The notes under the pieces are model-generated. The model searched no databases, was not told the DNA's origin, and was given only the letters and a program-made list of their open reading frames with translations. 64,000 nucleotides of DNA. It comes from an uncultured Coriobacteriaceae bacterium (GTDB lineage: Bacteria; Actinomycetota; Coriobacteriia; Anaerosomatales; Anaerosomataceae). Below, one piece after another: positions 46,934-56,990 of this stretch. Position numbers and translations under genes: made by a program. Numbering within the stretch: position 1 is the first letter of the stretch; each line of letters starts with the position of its first letter. The stretch is taken from the NCBI GenBank assembly GCA_964610065.1, contig CAZSUO010000001.1, forward strand, positions 2,874 to 66,873, given 5' to 3'.

Positions 46934-48091
46934 CTAGAGTGCGTCGGCCATGCGCTGCAACGCCTCGGCGAGGCGGTCATCAGGCGTGGCGAGCGAAATG
47001 CGGACGTACCCCTCGCCATCGGGCCCGTATGCGCTGCCGGCGGGCATGATGACGCCAGCCTTGTCGAGGACCAGTCCGGCGTACTCCGCCGAGGTGTAGC
47101 CCTCGGGGATGCGGGCCCACACGTAGATCGTCCCGGCCGAGCGGCGCGCGGAGAGGCCGATCGACGGCAGCGTGTCGAGCACCATGTCACGGCGGCGCTG
47201 ATAGACCTCGCGCATCTTGGCCACGTCGTCCTGCGGGCCGAGCATGGCCTCCATAGCGGCCTGCTGGATGGCGGTGAACTGCCCCGAGTCGACGTTGCTC
47301 TTCACGATGCCCAACGTGCGGATGGCATCGGCGTTCCCGCAGGCGAAGGCGATACGCCAGCCGGTCATGTTGTACGCCTTGGAGCAGCTGAAGAACTCGA
47401 TCGCCACGTCGCGGGCACCGGGCCGCTCCATGATGCTGGGCGGAAGGTATCCATCGAACCCGATCTCGGAGTACGCGTTGTCGTGCACCAGGAGCAGGTC
47501 ATGCTCCCTGGCGAACGCGATCGCGCGATCGAAGTACTCCACCGGGGCGGCGACGGCCGCGGGGTTGTTGGGATAGCTGATGAACATCATCTTGGCGCGT
47601 GCGAGAACATCGGCGGGCGTGGACTCGAAGTCGGCCAGCCAGTCGTTCTCCTCGTTCATCGGCATGTAGTGGGTCTTGCCACCGATGAGCACGCCGCCGG
47701 TGCTGTACACCGGGTATCCCACGCCGGGAACGAGGGTGTAGTCGTCCACGTCGATGAACGCCGGAAAGAGATGCGCGATGCCCTCCTTGGAGCCGATGAG
47801 GCCGAGCACCTCGGTATCCGGGTCGAGCTCCACACCGAAGCGGCGGGTCATCCACTCGGCGCACGCGGCACGGTACGGACGCGAGCCCGCGTACGCAGGG
47901 TACTGATGGTTGGCCGGATCAGTGATGGCGGTGGCCATCGCGTCGATGATCCGCTGCGGCGTGGGCATGTCAGGGTCACCGATGCCGAGTGAGATGACGT
48001 CGACGCCTTCGGCTTCCTTGAGGGCCTTCTTGCGGTCGATCTCGGCGAACAGATACGGCGGCAGGTCGGCCATGCGCTGTGCGATCCTCAA
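46934..48091 (-). CDS. dapL: LL-diaminopimelate aminotransferase
   Basis: PPYLFAEID, LGIGDPD, GSKEG, YPNNP, SKAYNMTGWR; adjacent to dapF. Confidence 0.88.
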   Translation of the reverse strand: MRIAQRMADLPPYLFAEIDRKKALKEAEGVDVISLGIGDPDMPTPQRIIDAMATAITDPANHQYPAYAGSRPYRAACAEWMTRRFGVELDPDTEVLGLIGSKEGIAHLFPAFIDVDDYTLVPGVGYPVYSTGGVLIGGKTHYMPMNEENDWLADFESTPADVLARAKMMFISYPNNPAAVAAPVEYFDRAIAFAREHDLLLVHDNAYSEIGFDGYLPPSIMERPGARDVAIEFFSCSKAYNMTGWRIAFACGNADAIRTLGIVKSNVDSGQFTAIQQAAMEAMLGPQDDVAKMREVYQRRRDMVLDTLPSIGLSARRSAGTIYVWARIPEGYTSAEYAGLVLDKAGVIMPAGSAYGPDGEGYVRISLATPDDRLAEALQRMADAL

Positions 48092-48167
48092 CGTACGTCA
48101 TCCCCTCGTCGGTGTATGCGGATACCGGGTCATCGTACCAGAGCGCGCCGGCTGACCGGCGCGCCGG

Positions 48168-49031
48168 TCACGCTTCGTCGGGCAGTTCGATGGTGCCGGT
48201 GAACGACACCGCGGCGGAGCCCGTCATGTAGACGTGGTCGTTCTCATGCCAGCGGACGAACAGGTCGCCGCCCGGGAGTTCGATGGTTGCTTCGCGACCG
48301 ACACGGCACGACAAGGTGCCCGCCACAAGGACCGCGCATGCGCCGGTGCCGCAGGCGAGCGTCTCACCCACACCACGCTCCCACACACGCATGCGGATCG
48401 TGTTCTCATCGATGTGCTGCGCGAACTCGACGTTCGTGCCCTCGGGGAAGCGTTCGTTGGTGGCGATGAACGGCCCAACGGTCTCCACCGGTGCGGTCTG
48501 CACATCGTCCACCCATGTGATGACATGGGGGTTCCCCATGTTGACTGCGGTGAGGCCGAACGTGCCGTACGGCGTTTCCAGGGGACAGTCGTAGATCTGC
48601 TCGCCGTCGAAGAGCGCGGGGATGTCGGCGGGCGCGAGCGCGGGTACACCCATGTCGACCGTGGCCGACTCAAGGAGTCCGGATCCGTCGCGCACGAATG
48701 TCACGGGCTTCAGGCCGCCAAGGGTCTCGATCACCAGCGACGTCGCGTCGGCCGCGACCATGCCATTGTCGACGACGTACTTGGCGAAGCAGCGGGCGCC
48801 GTTGCCGCACATCTCGGCGAGCGATCCGTCCGCATTGAAGTAGTGCATGTAGAAGTCGGCGTCCGGCGTGGTAGCGGGTCGCACGAGGATGAGTCCGTCC
48901 CCACCGATGCCGAAGTGCCTGTCGCAGAACCATGCGACGGCCTCTGGCGACATCTCGAGCGCCTCATCGCGGTCGTCGATCATGACGAAATCGTTCCCGA
49001 GGCCGTTCATCTTGGTGAACGTGAGCTGCAC
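48168..49031 (-). CDS. dapF: Diaminopimelate epimerase
   Basis: KMNGLGNDF, EMCGNG, GNPH, ERGVGETLACGTG. Confidence 0.96.
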   Translation of the reverse strand: MQLTFTKMNGLGNDFVMIDDRDEALEMSPEAVAWFCDRHFGIGGDGLILVRPATTPDADFYMHYFNADGSLAEMCGNGARCFAKYVVDNGMVAADATSLVIETLGGLKPVTFVRDGSGLLESATVDMGVPALAPADIPALFDGEQIYDCPLETPYGTFGLTAVNMGNPHVITWVDDVQTAPVETVGPFIATNERFPEGTNVEFAQHIDENTIRMRVWERGVGETLACGTGACAVLVAGTLSCRVGREATIELPGGDLFVRWHENDHVYMTGSAAVSFTGTIELPDEA

Positions 49032-49041
49032 GCGAACCTCC

Positions 49042-49983
49042 CTACGCGTCGTGTTCGGACGATTCTACCAGGTCGAGCACGCGCCCGGCCGCCTGCTTGG
49101 CCGACAGCCCGGTGACATCGATCCATTTGATGCGGCTATCGCCCCGGAACCAGGTGAGCTGCCGCTTGGCATACCGGCGGGTCGAGCGCTTGATGGTATC
49201 GATCGCCTCTGACAGGCCGGATTCCCCTGCGAGCACCGGCACGAGCTCCTTATAGCCGATCGCCTGGGTGGCGGTCAGCGCCGAGGCGAGACCGGTCTCC
49301 AGCAACTCGCGGACCTCCTCCACCAGCCCCGACTCGATCATCGCGTCGACACGCGCATCCACGCGCCGGTACAGCTCGTCGCGGTCCACGGTAAGGCCGA
49401 CGAGGAGGGTGCGCGGGTAGTGGAAGTCACGCTCGCGGAAGCCGGCAGCCTGTGTGGCGTACGACGTGCCCTCGGCGAGCATCTCCAGTGCACGCAGCAC
49501 GCGCCTGGCGTTATTGGGGTGGAGCAGCGCGGCCGAGGCCGGGTCCAAGCGGTCCAGCTCGGCGTAGAGTGCGTCGCCCCCCTCTTCGGCCAGGCGGGCC
49601 TCCAGGCGCTCGCGGGCGGGGCTGAGGGTGTCCCCGGCAGGGAACTCCATGTCGTCGAGCGCCGCCCGAACGTACAGGCCCGTCCCGCCCACCACCACCG
49701 CGGGCGTGTTCCTCGCGAGGAGAGCATCGATGGCCGCACGCGCGTCACGCTGGTACAGCGCGGCTGAGTACGGCGTGCCGGGGTCCACGAGGTCGACACA
49801 GTGGTACGGCACCGGGCGTTCCGCAGGCGGCGTCTTCGCGGTCCCGACGTCCATGCCGCGGTACACCTGCATGGAGTCGGCGCTCACAATCTCGGCGTCG
49901 AGTGCGACGGCCACGAGGTCGCTCACGACGCTCTTCCCGACGGCTGTAGGGCCGAGTATGCCGATGATGTCGTATGCCCGCAC
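49042..49983 (-). CDS. miaA: tRNA dimethylallyltransferase
   Basis: GTG 49983; GPTAVGKS, DSMQVY, GGTGLY, AIGYKE, YAKRQLTW. Confidence 0.95.
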   Translation of the reverse strand: MRAYDIIGILGPTAVGKSVVSDLVAVALDAEIVSADSMQVYRGMDVGTAKTPPAERPVPYHCVDLVDPGTPYSAALYQRDARAAIDALLARNTPAVVVGGTGLYVRAALDDMEFPAGDTLSPARERLEARLAEEGGDALYAELDRLDPASAALLHPNNARRVLRALEMLAEGTSYATQAAGFRERDFHYPRTLLVGLTVDRDELYRRVDARVDAMIESGLVEEVRELLETGLASALTATQAIGYKELVPVLAGESGLSEAIDTIKRSTRRYAKRQLTWFRGDSRIKWIDVTGLSAKQAAGRVLDLVESSEHDA

Positions 49984-49984
49984 G

Positions 49985-51340
49985 CTAGTGGTACCTGTCG
50001 ACAGCGAAGCGCTCGAGGCGGACGCGCTCGCCCGGCCTGATGCCCGCCTTCTGGCGGGCGATGGCCACCTGCTGCTCGACCGAGTCGATGCCCTTGAGGT
50101 CCGGGAGCAGCAGCCCACGCCGCCAGTCGGCCGAGACGATCACGCCCCACACGCGGGGGTCCAGGTCCTCGAGGGTCGCGGGTTCCGGTTCGTGCAGCAC
50201 ATCCACGGAGATGTCCAGACCATCGAGTTCGTCGGCGGTCATCGCCGGGAACCGCGGATCGGCGGTGGCCGCCTGGATCGCGTTGTGCACTATCTCCTCG
50301 GCGAGCGTCGATGCGGTGGGTGCGATGGTGCCGATGCAGCCACGCAAGGCGTTGTTCCGGTGCAGGCTCACGAAGGCGCCGTGGCGCTCCGCGAGCAGAC
50401 CCTCGGGCGCGGCGGGAGCGATGATCCGGTGCTCCCGCAGATACGTGGCGATCGCACGTCGGGCCAGCACCACCGGCTCAGACTCGGTCGTGGCAGGCGG
50501 GCCAGCGCCGTCGAGCACCGCCAGCAGCTCCGGAGAGGCGGCGACCCCCGTGGCGTATCCGACGCCCCAGGGCCCTTCGTGCGAGAGTATGCGGGTCCGC
50601 GCGTCGGTGCCGATGAGGAACCCGCCGAGGGTCACGAACGAACGCAGCCCGCACTCCCCCGCCTCCTCTATGAGGCCGGGGTCGAGTTGCTCGAGCGCGG
50701 CGTAGTCGTCGCTGGCGAGCGCCTCGACGAGCGCTTCATCGAAGACCGCGCCGCGGGGCGTGTAGCCCGCGGGAGCGTCAGGGGTGAGGCGGTGGCTGCA
50801 ATCACCGCTTGCGACGAACGCGACCCGCCTGCCAAGGGTGGCTGCGGCTGCGGCGATAGCCTCGCCGAAGCGGCGGTGGTGCTCGAGGGGCAGGAACGAC
50901 AGCGACACCTCGACGAGCGGATATTCGCCCTCACGGTCGAGGAAGTTCAGCGGAACGAGCGCGCCGTGGTCGAGCTCCCCCGGCTCGAGGGCGGGGTGAT
51001 CGGTCCGGGCGACCGCCTGGAGGCCGGATGCCCGGGCGGCATCGATGATCGAATGAGCGAGCGCCGGGTCGCCAGCAGGCGCCAGCCGCACGTCGCGCGC
51101 ACCGAACTGGCCGAGGTCACCCCTATAACGCTCAGAGGCGTCGACGGCGAAGGCGTCACGGGCCAGCGGCGCATGTGGCGACATGAGCACCACGGTGTCG
51201 GGCTTGAACGCACGAAGCGCACGTGCCGCAAGGTCCATCGACGCGATCGACGCCGACGTGACGCGCGCCCGTTCACCCCCCACCTCGGGCACCATTATGG
51301 GCGGGTGCGGGGCGATGATGCCGAGCGTGCTTCCGATCAT
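49985..51340 (-). CDS. amrA: Memo/LigB-like plus AMMECR1 fusion (AmmeMemoRadiSam protein A/B)
   Basis: SD GGAGGTG; PHPP, SPH, LDHG, ASGDCSH, ECGLR, GPWGVGY; AMMECR1 GAFVSL, LRGCIG, DPRF, GLLLP. Confidence 0.88.
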   Translation of the reverse strand: MIGSTLGIIAPHPPIMVPEVGGERARVTSASIASMDLAARALRAFKPDTVVLMSPHAPLARDAFAVDASERYRGDLGQFGARDVRLAPAGDPALAHSIIDAARASGLQAVARTDHPALEPGELDHGALVPLNFLDREGEYPLVEVSLSFLPLEHHRRFGEAIAAAAATLGRRVAFVASGDCSHRLTPDAPAGYTPRGAVFDEALVEALASDDYAALEQLDPGLIEEAGECGLRSFVTLGGFLIGTDARTRILSHEGPWGVGYATGVAASPELLAVLDGAGPPATTESEPVVLARRAIATYLREHRIIAPAAPEGLLAERHGAFVSLHRNNALRGCIGTIAPTASTLAEEIVHNAIQAATADPRFPAMTADELDGLDISVDVLHEPEPATLEDLDPRVWGVIVSADWRRGLLLPDLKGIDSVEQQVAIARQKAGIRPGERVRLERFAVDRYH

Positions 51341-51388
51341 GTCAGTCACCTCCGGGCCACCAGGAGCATTCCCGCCGCGGGGCGCACG

Positions 51389-52723
51389 CTAGACCGTTCC
51401 GGTGGCGAACTCCCCGGTGAGGAACCACGGGTGCGCGCCTGTGATGCGGATCGGCTGGATCGTGCCCTCATACTCGGAGGCCGAGCGGCCCGCCGGCACC
51501 GGCACGTGCACCAGGCGGTTGTGCGGCGTGCGTGCGGACAGGACACGCGGGTCGCGCCGGGACGCACCCTCGATGAGGCATCGGTCGACACGCCCGACCA
51601 TGCGCTGGTTGGAGGCGAACGACAGGTCCCGCACCAGCTCGGCCAGCCGATCGAACCGGACCTGCGAGACCTCGCGCGGCACGGTGTCGGTCAATGACGC
51701 CGCGGGTGTTCCTTCACGCGGAGAGTAGATGAACGTGAATGCGTGGTCGAAGCCGACGCGCTCCACAAGGTCCATGGTCTGCTCGAAGTCCTCGTCGGTC
51801 TCTCCGGGGAAGCCGACGATGATGTCGGTCGAGAGCGCGATATCGGGTACCGCGGCGCGGAGGCGCTCGATGCGGGCGAAGTAGCTTTCGCGCGTGTAGC
51901 GCCGGTTCATCGCGGCGAGTATCGCGTTGGAGCCATGCTGGACCGGCAGATGCAGGTATGGCATCAACGCCGGCACGTCGGCCAGCGCGTCGATCGTGTC
52001 GTCCGAGAGGTCCTTCGGGTGGCTGGTGGCGAACCGGACACGCGGGACGCCTGCGTGCGCCACGGCGCGCAGCAGCTCGGCGAAACGCGGCTGTCCGTAG
52101 CGATCGCGCCCGTACGAATTGACGTTCTGTCCGAGCAGGGTCACCTCGAGCACGCCGTCGGCCACGAGTCCCGTCACCTCGGACACGATGTCCTCGAACA
52201 CCCGGCTGCGCTCGGGGCCGCGCACGGCGGGCACGATGCAGTAGGCGCAGTGGTTGTCGCACCCCACGGTGATGGGTACCCAGGCGTGCCAGGGATGTTC
52301 ACGCACCGTGGGGAGGTCGCTCGCGAACGCGTCGGTCCCGGTGAGCACGCGGGCGGTCGGGCTGCCCGACGCCGCGGCCTCGATCAGCGACGGCAGGTCC
52401 TCGATGTTGTGCGTGCCGAAGACGACATCGACATGCGGCAGCCTCCGCAGCATCTCCTCGCCGTCGCGCTGCCCCACGCATCCGCCCACCGCGATGATCA
52501 CCTCGGGACGCCCGCCGGTCTTGATGGCCTTGAGCGATGCTACCTGTCCGTACATGCGATCGTCGGCGGTCTCGCGCACCGCACACGTGTTGAACACGAT
52601 CACATCCGCCTCGTCGTCGGACCGGGCGGCGATGTAGCCATGCGATTCGAGCAGTCCGGCCATACGTTCGGAGTCGTGCTTGTTCATCTGGCAGCCGAAG
52701 GTATGGATGATGTAGCGGTTCAT
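51389..52723 (-). CDS. miaB: tRNA-2-methylthio-N6-dimethylallyladenosine synthase
   Basis: GCQMN, NTCAVRE, CDNHCAYC radical-SAM motif, LLGQNVNSY, TRAM domain. Confidence 0.95.
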   Translation of the reverse strand: MNRYIIHTFGCQMNKHDSERMAGLLESHGYIAARSDDEADVIVFNTCAVRETADDRMYGQVASLKAIKTGGRPEVIIAVGGCVGQRDGEEMLRRLPHVDVVFGTHNIEDLPSLIEAAASGSPTARVLTGTDAFASDLPTVREHPWHAWVPITVGCDNHCAYCIVPAVRGPERSRVFEDIVSEVTGLVADGVLEVTLLGQNVNSYGRDRYGQPRFAELLRAVAHAGVPRVRFATSHPKDLSDDTIDALADVPALMPYLHLPVQHGSNAILAAMNRRYTRESYFARIERLRAAVPDIALSTDIIVGFPGETDEDFEQTMDLVERVGFDHAFTFIYSPREGTPAASLTDTVPREVSQVRFDRLAELVRDLSFASNQRMVGRVDRCLIEGASRRDPRVLSARTPHNRLVHVPVPAGRSASEYEGTIQPIRITGAHPWFLTGEFATGTV

Positions 52724-53556
52724 CGTGTGCCTCTCGAATGGGCAGCGGCTTCAGCAAGGGCCTCGACCGCACGGTCGGGCGCGGCCGCGCAGCCCATATC
52801 GCCGCCTTCGCGTGGCGAACCGTGGAAGTCCGAGCCCCCGGTGGCGATCAGGCCGTAGCGACCGGCAAGGTCGGCGTAACGACATGCGGTGTCCGGGGCG
52901 TGCGAAGCGTGGAACGCCTCGATGCCGACGATGCCAGCGTCGATGAGCGACGGCAGCATGTCATCGATGTCATTCAGGCCCGGATGGGCGAGCACCGCAA
53001 CGCCGCCAGCATCCCTGATCCAGGCGATGGCGTCTGCGGGCCGGATGAGCGCCTTGGATGCAAAGAACGGGGCGCCATCGCCCAGGTAGCGGTCGAACGC
53101 GTCGTGCATGTCGCGCGCATGACCCGCCTCGATGAGCGCCCGTGCGATGTGCGCACGGCCCACGGCGCCGTCCTGATCGGTGTCCAACTCGAGCGTGTCG
53201 GGGTCTATTGCGATCCCTGCAGTGGCAAGCGCGTTGACGATACGCCGCGCACGCGCGCGTCGTCCCTCGCGGAGCGAGGCGAGCCTGGCCAGGAAGATCG
53301 CGTCGAGGTGATCGATGAAGTAGCCGAGCATGTGTACCGTGCGGCCGTCAGCGCTGGCTGAGAGCTCAACCGCTGGCACGACGGTGAGCCCGGTACCACG
53401 GGCGGCCTCGAGCGCCGGTGCGACCGCGGCGACACTGTCGTGGTCGGCGATGGCGATTGCCGGCAGCCCGAGCGTGAGCGCACGCGCCACGAGGGCCCCG
53501 GGCGGGAGGAGTCCGTCGGAGAATGTGGAGTGCAGGTGGAGGTCCGGGCCGGGCAT
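52720..53556 (-). CDS. PHP-family phosphoesterase (TrpH/YciV-like)
   Basis: DLHLHSTFSDG, DHD, VGRAHIA, AHP, GGSDFHG. Confidence 0.9.
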   Translation of the reverse strand: MPGPDLHLHSTFSDGLLPPGALVARALTLGLPAIAIADHDSVAAVAPALEAARGTGLTVVPAVELSASADGRTVHMLGYFIDHLDAIFLARLASLREGRRARARRIVNALATAGIAIDPDTLELDTDQDGAVGRAHIARALIEAGHARDMHDAFDRYLGDGAPFFASKALIRPADAIAWIRDAGGVAVLAHPGLNDIDDMLPSLIDAGIVGIEAFHASHAPDTACRYADLAGRYGLIATGGSDFHGSPREGGDMGCAAAPDRAVEALAEAAAHSRGTR

Positions 53557-53561
53557 GCGGA

Positions 53562-53837
53562 TCAGGGGTGCAGCGGCGGACGCGGCTCCACGAGCAGGCG
53601 GATGGCCGTGCGCTCTTCGCCGTTGATCTCGATGTCGGCGAATGACGGGGTACAGATGAGGTCGAGCCCCATGGGTGCGACGAAGCCGCGAGCGATGGCG
53701 ATGGCTTTGATCGCCTGGTTGAGCGCTCCGGCGCCGACGGTCTGGATCTCGACCACACCCTGCTCGCGGATGACGCCCGCAAGGGCGCCTGCAACGGAGT
53801 TGGGACTGGACTTGGTGGAAACCTTGAGAACCTCCAC
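53562..53837 (-). CDS. spoVS: SpoVS family protein
   Basis: SD AGGAGG, GTG 53837; LKVSTKSSPNSVAGALAG, GAGALNQAIKAIAIARGF. Confidence 0.95.
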   Translation of the reverse strand: MEVLKVSTKSSPNSVAGALAGVIREQGVVEIQTVGAGALNQAIKAIAIARGFVAPMGLDLICTPSFADIEINGEERTAIRLLVEPRPPLHP

Positions 53838-53985
53838 GGTGCCTCCTGGTGCGGAATCCTGGTGGTGTCGTTGCTGTGGATGTGGTGTGACCGAGGTCTG
53901 CGTCTGATACGGGTGCGCCGTGAATGGCGTGCGAGAAGTATAGCCCATCGGGTGCTCATCAAGCATCATCATGCGGTGCCGGGGC

Positions 53986-55062
53986 TCAGTCTTCCTTTTC
54001 CACGGAAAAGCGCACGGTGATCGCGTCGCGACCCACCGTCACTTTGGGTTCGCCCTTGAGGTTCAAGTAGTACCGTTCGGCGAGCACATCGAACGCGCGA
54101 CTGAGTTCGGCGCGGAACGCGACGAGATCGCCGTGGTGGATGCGCAAGGAGCGCCTGTCACGGTAGATATCGGGGGCCGAGGGTGCCGAAGGCTCGTCCT
54201 CGACCGAGAGCGATGTCAGCAGTGACTCAAGAGGTGCGAGTTCGCCTGCGAGTATGCGATGCGACGTGCGCTCTGAGACGGGAAGCGCGATCGTCTCAGC
54301 CGTGGCGGTGAGTTCCGCGGCATCGGAACACGCGGCCGGTCGCTGCCACACGCAGAGCCGATCGAGGTCTTCACAGAACATCAGGTCGGCGATGTCGAGC
54401 CGGTCACGGCCCAGGGCGTGGAGCGTGGCGAGGATCTCGGTGGGTGTGCCGAGGTAGATCTCGAGTTCGGGGTGCTCGCAGGCGAATTCCACGAGTCGCC
54501 GGATGATGTTGTGGGGTCCGCGCGCGACACGGAGCCTCCCCGTCTCATCGGGCTCCACAACGGGCCAGGTCGACTGGTCGGCACGCTCGTTCAGGTGGCC
54601 TGAGTCGACGACGACGCTGATCGACGCGCCCTTGTGCGGCGCAGAGGACGCGACGCGGGCCTTCGATGCGTTGGACCGCACGGAGAACAGCGCCATGCCG
54701 CGTCCGTGCACGCCCCACCGGTCCATGACCATGGTCTCGAGCTTCGACGTGACCCGGGGCTCGAACACGGCCTCCTGGAGCGCATGAGGGATGCCCACGC
54801 CATCGTCGATCATCGTGAGCATCCTCGTGCTCCCCTCGCGGGTGGTGGCGACGAAGATGCGCTGGGCGTGCGCGTCCCGGGCGTTCCGGAGCAGCTCGAT
54901 GATGACGTCCTCGATGCTGCGGATGTCGTGCTTCGCCTGCCTGCGCTCGGCCTCAGGCACACGGAGCCGGACGTATCCGTCACCAAGGGTCTCTTCGACC
55001 TTGAGGTAGCCATCGCCCGACACCGAAGTGACGAAGTCTATGAGGGGGTCGTGTTCGCTCAT
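53986..55062 (-). CDS. Stand-alone GHKL (HATPase_c) ATPase with an uncharacterised C-terminal region
   Basis: ELLRNARDA (N box), DDGVG (G1), FEPRVTSK, GVHGRGMALFS (G2). Confidence 0.82.
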   Translation of the reverse strand: MSEHDPLIDFVTSVSGDGYLKVEETLGDGYVRLRVPEAERRQAKHDIRSIEDVIIELLRNARDAHAQRIFVATTREGSTRMLTMIDDGVGIPHALQEAVFEPRVTSKLETMVMDRWGVHGRGMALFSVRSNASKARVASSAPHKGASISVVVDSGHLNERADQSTWPVVEPDETGRLRVARGPHNIIRRLVEFACEHPELEIYLGTPTEILATLHALGRDRLDIADLMFCEDLDRLCVWQRPAACSDAAELTATAETIALPVSERTSHRILAGELAPLESLLTSLSVEDEPSAPSAPDIYRDRRSLRIHHGDLVAFRAELSRAFDVLAERYYLNLKGEPKVTVGRDAITVRFSVEKED

Positions 55063-55103
55063 GATGTCACCCAGGGTGCCATGCCTGACCGTCCTTCTCA
55101 AGA

Positions 55104-55131
55104 GCAAAGGGACCGCATGCGGTCCCTTTGC
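55104..55131. terminator. Perfect 28-bp palindrome after rny (terminator-like)
   Basis: GCAAAGGGACCGCATGCGGTCCCTTTGC. Confidence 0.7.
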
Positions 55132-55175
55132 GTCGATACCGGGTAGGCGGTGCGCATGAGCACGCCGCTGTCACA

Positions 55176-56708
55176 TCACTTCGCGTACTCGATCGAACGG
55201 CTCTCGCGGATGACCATGACCTTGATCTGTCCGGGGTACTGCAGTTCTTCCTCGATCTGCTTGGCGATCTCGCGGGCCATCATGAGCGAGTCCGTGTCCG
55301 AGACCTCCTCGGGCTTGACCATGACCCGGATCTCGCGACCCGCCTGCATCGCGTACGACTTCTCGACGCCCTTGTGTGACTCGGCAAGAGCCTCGAGCTT
55401 CTCGAGCCGCTTGATGTAACTCTCGAGCGTCTCACGACGTGCGCCAGGACGTGCGGCGGAGATGGCGTCGGCAGCCTGCACGATGACCGCCTCGACCGTC
55501 TGCGGCTCGACGTCACCGTGGTGGGCCTCGATGCAGTGCACGACCTCCTTGTTCTCGCCAAGTCGGCGGGCAAGGTCGGCGCCGATGACGGCGTGAGGGC
55601 CTTCGATCTCGTGATCGATCGCCTTGCCGAGGTCGTGCAGCAGTCCGGCGCGCTTCGCGAGTGCGGGATCGAGCCCGAGCTCGGCGGCCATGACGCCCGA
55701 GAGATACGCGACTTCGAGCGAGTGGTTCAGGACGTTCTGGCCATAGCTCGTGCGGTAGCGCAACCGGCCGAGGGTACGGACGATGTCGTGATGCAGGTTG
55801 TGCACACCGGTGTCGAAGACCGCCTGCTCGCCGGCTTCGAAGACCTGCTGGTCCACGAGGACCTCGGCCTTCTTGAACATCTCCTCGATACGGGCGGGAT
55901 GGATGCGGCCATCGGCGATGAGGTTCTCGAGCGTGATGCGGCCCACCTCGCGGCGTACCGGATCGAAGCTCGAGAGGATGACCGCCTCCGGGGTGTCGTC
56001 GATGATGAGGTTGATGCCGGTCAGCTGCTCGAAGGCCCGGATGTTGCGGCCTTCGCGACCGATGATGCGACCCTTGAGGTCATCCGAGGGGATGTGGACG
56101 ACCGACACCGTCGACTCGGCGGTGTGATCGGCGGCGACGCGTCCGATCGCGATACCGATGATGTTGCGGGCCTTGCGGTCCGCCTCTTCGCGCGCCCGCT
56201 GCTCGGCCTCACGAACGATCAGCGCGGCGTCGTGGTCGACCTCCTGGCGCACCCGGTCGAGCAGCACCGATTTGGCCTGGTCTGATGTCATACCGGCCAG
56301 CGACTCCAGGCGGCTCTTCTCTTCGGCGATCGCGTCTTCCAGGTCCTTCTCGCGCTTGGCGATCTGGCCGGCCTGACTCGACAGCTGGTGCTCACGCTTG
56401 TCGACGGACTCGGTGCGCCTCTCGATGGACTCCTCGCGCTGCAGCAAGCGGGTCTCCAGTGCGGTGAGCTCCTTGCGGCGCTCCTTCATCTCCTCATCGG
56501 CCTGAGCCTTCTGATGGAAGATCTGATCCTTGGCTTCAAGAAGCATCTCTTTGCGGGTCGTCTCGGCTTGCTTCTGAGCATCGGCGAGCATGCGTTCCGC
56601 GGCCTCACGGGCCTGGTTGGCCTTGCCTGCGATGATGAAGCGATTGATGACGATGCCGAGGACGACGCCGACGATGAGTCCGAGCAGTGCGGTGACCAGT
56701 GGTTGCAT
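55176..56708 (-). CDS. rny: Ribonuclease Y
   Basis: N-terminal TM, coiled coil, KH motif [15 protein letters not shown] motif [21 protein letters not shown]. Confidence 0.97.
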   Translation of the reverse strand: MQPLVTALLGLIVGVVLGIVINRFIIAGKANQAREAAERMLADAQKQAETTRKEMLLEAKDQIFHQKAQADEEMKERRKELTALETRLLQREESIERRTESVDKREHQLSSQAGQIAKREKDLEDAIAEEKSRLESLAGMTSDQAKSVLLDRVRQEVDHDAALIVREAEQRAREEADRKARNIIGIAIGRVAADHTAESTVSVVHIPSDDLKGRIIGREGRNIRAFEQLTGINLIIDDTPEAVILSSFDPVRREVGRITLENLIADGRIHPARIEEMFKKAEVLVDQQVFEAGEQAVFDTGVHNLHHDIVRTLGRLRYRTSYGQNVLNHSLEVAYLSGVMAAELGLDPALAKRAGLLHDLGKAIDHEIEGPHAVIGADLARRLGENKEVVHCIEAHHGDVEPQTVEAVIVQAADAISAARPGARRETLESYIKRLEKLEALAESHKGVEKSYAMQAGREIRVMVKPEEVSDTDSLMMAREIAKQIEEELQYPGQIKVMVIRESRSIEYAK

Positions 56709-56984
56709 CGGGCGTGCCCTCCCTTCCGGGTTTCGATGTGCGAAATCAGGTCTCCATGCGGTGGCTGATCCTGCATTCGCCCGGACCCGGGAAGGGATGG
56801 TTCGATCCCTATGAACCCGAAAGCCGGGCACCACGCGCCCGGCAAGTACGATCACTCTATCGGTTCGACTGTGCGTATGGGGCGAATACACCACTCCCTC
56901 GGAAGCGGTGCCGCCCGTATCACCATGTAGAACCTCATACGAACCAGACAGCCTCACAAGCCCGCCGGTTCGATCGCATTTGCC
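56709..56984 (-). ncRNA. Candidate structured RNA (leader or sRNA) upstream of rny
   Basis: Follows TTGACG-N18-TAGGAT; closing stem 56984-56972 / 56853-56841, internal hairpins, terminator-like hairpin 56843-56820, SD-sequestering stem. Confidence 0.55.
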
Positions 56985-56990
56985 GTGCTC

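Noticed and set aside
53562..53837. Sporulation capability inferred from spoVS
   Set aside because: SpoVS occurs widely in non-sporulating bacteria; no other sporulation genes in the window
56825..56840. T-box in the rny leader (GCGUGGUGCCCG)
   Set aside because: Poor match to the T-box consensus, no recognisable stem I, and the downstream gene is not amino-acid related
56709..56957. N-terminal extension of RNase Y in the ORF track
   Set aside because: SD and TM anchor support ATG 56708; the upstream frame is better explained as a non-coding leader
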